DNA of 64,000 nucleotides from Bacillota bacterium. GTDB taxonomy: Bacteria > Bacillota > Sulfobacillia > JAJZYS01 > JAJYTV01. The notes beneath the pieces are model-generated. The model had not been told where the DNA came from and made no database searches. It saw nothing but the letters and a program-made list of their open reading frames with translations. The position numbers and the translations under genes are program-made. The DNA lies in the NCBI GenBank assembly GCA_021799275.1, contig JAJZAT010000008.1, positions 11,972 to 75,971 of the forward strand. The letters are read 5' to 3'. Positions 58,820 to 64,000 of this stretch are shown one piece after another (position 1 is the stretch's first letter; the number at the start of each line of letters is the position of its first letter).

Positions 58820-59908
58820 ATGCAAGCGAACGGGCGTCGCGGGCGGCTCTTGCTCGCGCTGCTGGCCTTGACGCTGCCCGCGTGCGGCGGTGTGGGCCTG
58901 CAGGCGGCCGACCCGGATCCTCCCCTGCCGCCGATGTCCGCCATGATGCGAGGCATGACCGAAGCGGGCTACAAACCGAACGTCCTCACGTCGCCGCAGG
59001 TCACCCGGGAACTCCCACGCATGAAGCGGGACGGCATCACGTGGCTCGCCATCCAGGTCGCGTGGTTCCAGGACACGAACCAGTCCGTGACGATCCGGCC
59101 GAGTTCCCGCTTCACCCCGAGCGACGCGAGCGTGCGGTCCCTTGTGGCCCTGGCGCATCGCCAGGGCATGCGCGTCTTCCTGAATCCCTTCGTGAACTCG
59201 CTGCAGGGCAACGGCTGGCAGGCCAAGTTCGCTCCGACCTCGCCGGCGAGATGGTTCAAGAGCTTCGACGCCTATCTGGCCCATTACGCCAGCCTCGCGC
59301 AGCAGACGCGGGCCGACCTCTTCGCGATCGGCGACGAGTTCGACAGCCTGGACGCGGTCCCGGCCTACCGCCCGTACTGGCTGCAGGCGATCGCCGTCGC
59401 CCGCAGGTACTACCATGGCCCCATCGTCTACGGCGCCGACTACCCGCACTACCAGCAGGTGACGTTCTGGCAGGCCCTCGACGACGTCGGCATCGACGCC
59501 TACTTTCCCCTGTCCGAGCGGCCGAATCCGTCCGCCGCGACGCTCGCGGCGAGCTGGCGACGGTACGCGGCCGAGATCGAGGCCTGGCGCAAGTCCACCG
59601 GCCTCGACCGCAAGGGCTTCATCATCACGGAACTCGGCTACCCCTCCGAGGACGGAGCGGCGGCCCAGCCGGGCTCCTGGTTCCCCCGCCAGCCGGTGAA
59701 CCTCGCCCTGCAGCAGCACCTCTACGAGGCGACGCTGTCCACGATCGCGCAGGAGCCTTGGCTGCGCGGGCTCTTCTGGTTCTGGTGGGCGAATCCGTCC
59801 AACCCGAACTGGCAGGGCGGCACCCGCGACAACGGCTACACGCCCCGGGGCAAGCCGGCGGAGGCCACCTTGCGCCAGTACTTCTCCCATCCGGCCGGAT
59901 CCGCCTGA
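58820..59908 (+). CDS. TIM-barrel glycoside hydrolase lipoprotein (GH113/GH26-like)
   Basis: Lipobox LTLPAC. Candidate catalytic glutamates in WLAIQVAWFQD…NQS and IITELGYPS, as in retaining clan GH-A enzymes. Family assignment is tentative. Confidence 0.5.
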   Translation: MQANGRRGRLLLALLALTLPACGGVGLQAADPDPPLPPMSAMMRGMTEAGYKPNVLTSPQVTRELPRMKRDGITWLAIQVAWFQDTNQSVTIRPSSRFTPSDASVRSLVALAHRQGMRVFLNPFVNSLQGNGWQAKFAPTSPARWFKSFDAYLAHYASLAQQTRADLFAIGDEFDSLDAVPAYRPYWLQAIAVARRYYHGPIVYGADYPHYQQVTFWQALDDVGIDAYFPLSERPNPSAATLAASWRRYAAEIEAWRKSTGLDRKGFIITELGYPSEDGAAAQPGSWFPRQPVNLALQQHLYEATLSTIAQEPWLRGLFWFWWANPSNPNWQGGTRDNGYTPRGKPAEATLRQYFSHPAGSA

Positions 59909-59933
59909 AGGGGCCGGGGGCTCCGCAGCATGG

Positions 59934-59965
59934 CCGGGCGGCGACGTCGCCCGGCTGGCTTTTTT
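59934..59965 (+). terminator. rho-independent terminator after the GH lipoprotein gene
   Basis: GCCGGGCG-CGACGT-CGCCCGGC hairpin followed by TGGCTTTTTT. Confidence 0.7.
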
Positions 59966-60154
59966 CGCGGCATAGGGTCTCCAGTTTGGGTATTTGGCCA
60001 GGAACTTCATGAGCGTCTCCTAGGTGAGCGGAAAGAATGGGCCACACCGGCAGGTGCTAGGCAGGGCATCGCGAATGATGCGAGCGATCATCTTGCGACA
60101 GCTTCCGCCAAACTGCTGCCGGAGATGACACAGATGACCAAAGGAGGTTCGTGC

Positions 60155-61198
60155 ATGGGTCGCCTCCGCAATTTCTGCGGCCCACGGTTCCTGGCTGGTA
60201 TCGCGCTACTCTCTTCGCTTTCGCTTGCGACCGCCTTTCTCGGCGGTCCGGTAGCATCCGCAGCCAGCGCAAGCAGCTTCAAGGTGGGACTGGTGACCGA
60301 CACCGGTGGCCTCAACGACCACGGCTTCAACCACCTGTCCTATGTCGGGCTCGAAGAAGCTCACCAGAAGCTCGGCGTTACCGTATCCGTCGTGCAATCC
60401 CAGAGCCAGAACGACTACGTACCGAACCTCTCCACCTACGCGCGTGAGGGCTACAACGTCGTCATCGCCGTCGGCTTCCTGATGCAGCAGGCGGTGCAGC
60501 AGGTCGCGAAGCAGTACCCGAAGACGAAGTTCCTCATCATCGACGACTCCGTGCCGGGCAAGAACATCGCCTCCGCCCTGTTCAACACCCAGCAGTGCGG
60601 CTACCTGGTCGGCATGCTGGCGGGCCTCGTGCAGAAGCAGCACGCCCTGCCGCACATCAACAAGTACAACACCCTCGGCGTCGTCGGCGGCCAGGCCATC
60701 CCGCCGGTCACCACCTACATCGCCGGTTTCTACGCCGGCGTGCACGCGGTCGACCCGTCCGCCCACATCCTCCTGAGCTACACCAACGACTTCAACAACC
60801 CGAACAACGGCCAGAGCTACGCCCAGGCCGAGATTGCCAAGCACGCCGATATCATCTTCCAGGTGGCCGGCGGCACGGGCCTCGGCGTCATCACCGCGGC
60901 GAAGCAGGCGCACGTCTACGCGATCGGCGTGGACGCCAACCAGGGTTACCTCGCGCCCGGAACCGTGATCACGAGCGCCCTCAAGGGAGTCAACGTCGCC
61001 ACCTTCGACGTGATCAACGCGGCCTTCCACAACCGCTTCCGCGCCGGCACCATCTACTTCAACCTGAGCGGCGGCGGCGTGGGCATGGCCCCGCCGATCA
61101 AGGGCATCCCGGCGTCCATCCTGAAGCAGGTCAACCTGGCCAAGGCGAAGATCATGGCCGGCAAGCTCAAGCCACCGACGACGATTCCCAAGAACTAA
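60155..61198 (+). CDS. BMP-family (basic membrane protein, nucleoside-binding) ABC substrate-binding protein
   Basis: ATG at 60155 follows AAAGGAGG. Signal peptide and a Bmp/PnrA-like fold (KVGLVTDTGGLNDHGFN). Confidence 0.85.
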   Translation: MGRLRNFCGPRFLAGIALLSSLSLATAFLGGPVASAASASSFKVGLVTDTGGLNDHGFNHLSYVGLEEAHQKLGVTVSVVQSQSQNDYVPNLSTYAREGYNVVIAVGFLMQQAVQQVAKQYPKTKFLIIDDSVPGKNIASALFNTQQCGYLVGMLAGLVQKQHALPHINKYNTLGVVGGQAIPPVTTYIAGFYAGVHAVDPSAHILLSYTNDFNNPNNGQSYAQAEIAKHADIIFQVAGGTGLGVITAAKQAHVYAIGVDANQGYLAPGTVITSALKGVNVATFDVINAAFHNRFRAGTIYFNLSGGGVGMAPPIKGIPASILKQVNLAKAKIMAGKLKPPTTIPKN

Positions 61199-61274
61199 GT
61201 CTCCATCCGCATGGGGGAGGTGGCCTCGGGCCGCCTCCCCCAGCTCGCTCCAAGCACGCAAGGGGAGCCGAGAC

Positions 61275-62807
61275 ATGCCGCAGCTTTCTGTGCAGCACAT
61301 CACGAAGCGGTTCGGCCAGCTGGTCGCCAACGACGACATCACGCTCGATGTTCCGGGCGGCAAGGTGCTGGCCATCCTGGGTGAGAACGGCGCGGGCAAG
61401 TCGACGCTGATGAAGGTCATCGCGGGACTGCTGACGCCGGATGCGGGCGATGTCCTGGTCGACGGGCGACCGATCCCGCATGGGCGCCCGGACCTGGCGA
61501 TCCAGGCGGGCGTCGGCATGATCCATCAGCATTTCATGCTCGTACCGCGCCTCACCGTCTGGGAAAACATCGTCCTCGGGCGGGAGCCACGCACGCGCTT
61601 GGGCGCCGTGGATCGCCGCACCGCGGTCCGGACGATCCGGGAACTCTCCCAGCGCTACGGTCTCGCGGTGGATCCCGAGTCCCCCGTCCACGCCCTCACG
61701 GTCGGGCAGCGCCAGCGGGTGGAGATCCTGAAGGCGTTCTACCGGGGCGCCCAGGTGCTCATCCTGGACGAGCCGACGGCCCTCCTGACACCGCAGGAGA
61801 CCGAGGAGCTTTTCGCATCCATCAAGCATTTCGCCCGGGACGGATTCCCCGTCGTCTTCATCAGCCACAAGCTGGACGAGGTCATGGAGGTCGCCGACCG
61901 CATCGTCGTGATCCGGCAGGGTAAGGTCACAGGAGAACTGCCCGCGGACGACGCGACGCCGCAAAAGCTCGCCGAGCTGATGGTCGGGCGGGCAGTCGTT
62001 TTGCGCGTCGAGCGCGAAGCGGTGGAACCGGGACCCGCCGCCCTCGAGGTGGAGCGGCTGGAGGTCGCGGCGACACGCCACCGCCCGACCGTCGGGCCAA
62101 TCAGCCTCACGGTGCGGCGTGGCGAGATCCTCGGCATCGCCGGCGTCGACGGCAATGGCCAGCTCGAGCTGGCGGAGGCGTTGGTCGGCCTCGTGCCCAC
62201 AAGGCACGGCTCGATCCACCTGGCAGGCAAGGACATCGCCGACCTGCCCGTGCGGGAGCGCACAAGTCACGGTCTCGGCTACGTCCCGGCCGATCGCCAG
62301 ACGGACGGCCTCGTCCTCGATTTTCCGCTCTGGCAGAACTTCATCCTGCGCGACTATGCCAGTTCTCCCTACCGGCGAGGGGTCGGCATCGACCGGCCGG
62401 CTGCCCGCAAGGCGGCGCTCCAGGCCGTGGAGAAGTTCGACATCCGTCCGGCGTCGATCGATGTGTTCGCCCGCCAGCTTTCGGGCGGCAACCAGCAGAA
62501 GCTGATCCTGGCGCGCGAGATCCTGCGGCGGCCCGACGTCCTGGTGGTCTCCCAGCCGACCCGCGGGCTCGACGTCGGGGCGGTCGAGTTCGTCCACCGC
62601 CAATTGCTCGAACTGCGCCGGCAGGGAGCGGCCATCGTGCTGATCTCGCTCGAACTCGACGAAATCCTGACGCTTTCCGACCAGGTCGCGGTCCTGTTCC
62701 GCGGCCGCCTGAGCGACCCCGTGCCGGCCGCCGACGCGACCCGAGACGGGATCGGCCTGATGATGGCCGGTCAGGGGTTCGAGGCAAAGGCGGTGTCCGG
62801 CCAGTGA
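61275..62807 (+). CDS. ABC transporter ATP-binding protein with duplicated ATPase domains (sugar/nucleoside type)
   Basis: Two Walker A motifs (GENGAGKST and a degenerate GVDGNGQ), two LSGG signatures, 510 aa. Confidence 0.85.
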   Translation: MPQLSVQHITKRFGQLVANDDITLDVPGGKVLAILGENGAGKSTLMKVIAGLLTPDAGDVLVDGRPIPHGRPDLAIQAGVGMIHQHFMLVPRLTVWENIVLGREPRTRLGAVDRRTAVRTIRELSQRYGLAVDPESPVHALTVGQRQRVEILKAFYRGAQVLILDEPTALLTPQETEELFASIKHFARDGFPVVFISHKLDEVMEVADRIVVIRQGKVTGELPADDATPQKLAELMVGRAVVLRVEREAVEPGPAALEVERLEVAATRHRPTVGPISLTVRRGEILGIAGVDGNGQLELAEALVGLVPTRHGSIHLAGKDIADLPVRERTSHGLGYVPADRQTDGLVLDFPLWQNFILRDYASSPYRRGVGIDRPAARKAALQAVEKFDIRPASIDVFARQLSGGNQQKLILAREILRRPDVLVVSQPTRGLDVGAVEFVHRQLLELRRQGAAIVLISLELDEILTLSDQVAVLFRGRLSDPVPAADATRDGIGLMMAGQGFEAKAVSGQ

Positions 62808-63895
62808 GAACGAGATCTTCCATTGAAGGCGTCCTGCGCCCCCTGGTCTCCGTCGTGCTCGCCCTCGTCGTCAGCTCGGTCATCATGATGCTGACCCACT
62901 ACTCGCCCCTGATCGTGTTCAGCTCCCTCGTCACGGGAGCCTTCGGCAACATGCCGAACTTCGGCAGCACCCTCGTCGACTTCATCCCGCTCGCAGTCAT
63001 GGGGGTAGGGCTGGCGTTCTGCTTCCAGTCCGGGCTCTTCAATATCGGCGCCGAGGGCCAGTACTGGGTCGGCGCGTTCGCGGCCACCGTCATCGGCGTC
63101 CACTTCGCGTCGCTGCCTCTCGTCATCCACGTCGGCTTCGCGCTCCTCGCGGGCACGGTGGCGGGCGCGGCCGTGGCCGCGGTGCCGGGCGTCCTCAAGG
63201 CCTACCGCGGGGCGCATGAGGTCATCACGACCATGATGCTGAGCTACGCTGCGATCGAGTTCGGCCACTATCTCGTGGAGAGCGGCCCCCTGTCGCAGCC
63301 GGGCTCCATCCCGCAGTCCTACCCCTTCGCGAACTCGGCGTCGCTCCAGCCGATCATCCCGACGACGCAGCTCTCGGCCGCGATCTTCATCGCGCTCGCG
63401 GTGATCGTCTTCGGGGCGTGGCTCCTCTATCGCACGCGACTCGGCCTCGGCATCCAGATCCTCGGCAAGAACGCCAAGGCGGCTCGCGTCGCGGGACTCT
63501 CCGTACCGGTGCTGACCATCCTCGGTCTCAGCATCTCGGGGGCCTTTGCCGGTCTCGCCGGCGGACTGCAGATGGTCGGAGTGACGCATCAGCTGTTCGA
63601 CGGCTTCAGCGACCAGTTCGGGTTCACGGCGATCGTCGTCGCCCTCCTGGCGCGAAACAATCCCTGGGCGGTCGTGCCGTCGGCCATGCTGTTCGCGGCG
63701 CTCTACAGCGGCGCCCAGGCCATGCAGATCACGGCCGGCATCCCTGTGGAGCTCTCCTTTGTCATCCAGGGACTGATCGTGTTCTTCGTCGCCGCCGACC
63801 GCCTCCTCGACGCCGCCATCCGCGGGAAGTGGCTGCAGCGCCTGCAAGGGCCCAAGCCCGTCAAGCCCACGCTGGAAGCCAAGGAGGTGGGCTAG
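62804..63895 (+). CDS. ABC transporter permease (BMP/ribose-type)
   Basis: 363 aa with 8-10 TM helices. 4-nt overlap with the ATPase gene. Confidence 0.85.
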   Translation: MRTRSSIEGVLRPLVSVVLALVVSSVIMMLTHYSPLIVFSSLVTGAFGNMPNFGSTLVDFIPLAVMGVGLAFCFQSGLFNIGAEGQYWVGAFAATVIGVHFASLPLVIHVGFALLAGTVAGAAVAAVPGVLKAYRGAHEVITTMMLSYAAIEFGHYLVESGPLSQPGSIPQSYPFANSASLQPIIPTTQLSAAIFIALAVIVFGAWLLYRTRLGLGIQILGKNAKAARVAGLSVPVLTILGLSISGAFAGLAGGLQMVGVTHQLFDGFSDQFGFTAIVVALLARNNPWAVVPSAMLFAALYSGAQAMQITAGIPVELSFVIQGLIVFFVAADRLLDAAIRGKWLQRLQGPKPVKPTLEAKEVG

Positions 63896-64000
63896 ATGGC
63901 GATCCTCGCAAATCCGGAACTCTGGGTCCTGACCGTCGCGATGAGTGTTCCGATCGCCTACGGGGCGCTCGGTGGCATGTTCTCCGAGCGCGGCGGCACG
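63896..64000 (+). CDS. second ABC permease of the BMP system (5-prime partial; runs off the window)
   Basis: ATG at 63896 overlaps the upstream stop. The hydrophobic N-terminus is MAILANPELWVLTVAMSVPIAYGALGG. Confidence 0.6.
   Translation, partial: MAILANPELWVLTVAMSVPIAYGALGGMFSERGGT

Noticed and set aside
58727-60010. 427-aa minus-strand ORF starting MKFLAKYPNW, with an AGGAGA-like SD
   Set aside because: Apart from the first ~12 codons it is antisense to the GH lipoprotein gene and Arg/Gly/Pro-rich. The SD-like sequence is probably fortuitous in the BMP-operon leader.

Overview
This is a 64 kb segment of a high-GC (about 70%) bacterial chromosome, densely coding on both strands. Gene calls rest on the supplied six-frame translations, recognisable protein-family motifs and start codons I re-checked by hand; no database search was run. 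ATG, GTG and TTG starts are all used, and the sequence produces many long spurious antisense ORFs rich in Arg/Pro/Gly, which I rejected.

Most of the window is core metabolism and transport:
- aromatic amino-acid biosynthesis (DAHP synthase fused to chorismate mutase, then pheA);
- an RRM-type RNA-binding protein;
- glpK-glpD and murB;
- the 2-oxoglutarate dehydrogenase pair sucA/sucB;
- Nramp MntH and kynureninase;
- RNase HI;
- a peptide ABC transporter (two permeases and a binding protein);
- an OmpR/histidine-kinase pair;
- cytosine-deaminase-like CodA;
- a sulfonate/nitrate-type ABC system;
- signal peptidase I and a thiolase;
- a BMP-family nucleoside-type ABC system.

Six spots look accessory or unusual:
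1. The C-terminal RuvC-III signature of an IS200/IS605 TnpB (TMHDRDLNAAINL) survives as a roughly 50-codon relic wedged between lepB and a receiver-domain / P-loop 'topology-modulation' gene pair, in a patch of lower GC.
2. An SdpR(ArsR)/SdpI immunity-type pair with no toxin gene sits next to a 567-nt non-coding gap and a DUF981-like membrane protein.
3. A PBP4 (DacB, S13) protein of about 925 aa carries a tandem second PBP4-like domain whose active-site Ser and Lys are replaced (Ser to Trp, Lys to Arg). It lies in a cluster with an M20 peptidase, a DmpA/S58 peptidase, a DAO-type FAD oxidoreductase and a GH lipoprotein.
4. A CpxP/Spy-family LTXXQ periplasmic protein is encoded directly after the two-component system.
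5. A DtxR/MntR-like palindromic operator overlaps the predicted mntH promoter.
6. A 16-bp perfect inverted repeat, flanked by direct repeats, lies in the divergent MFS/codA promoter region.

No CRISPR array, rRNA or tRNA was seen.
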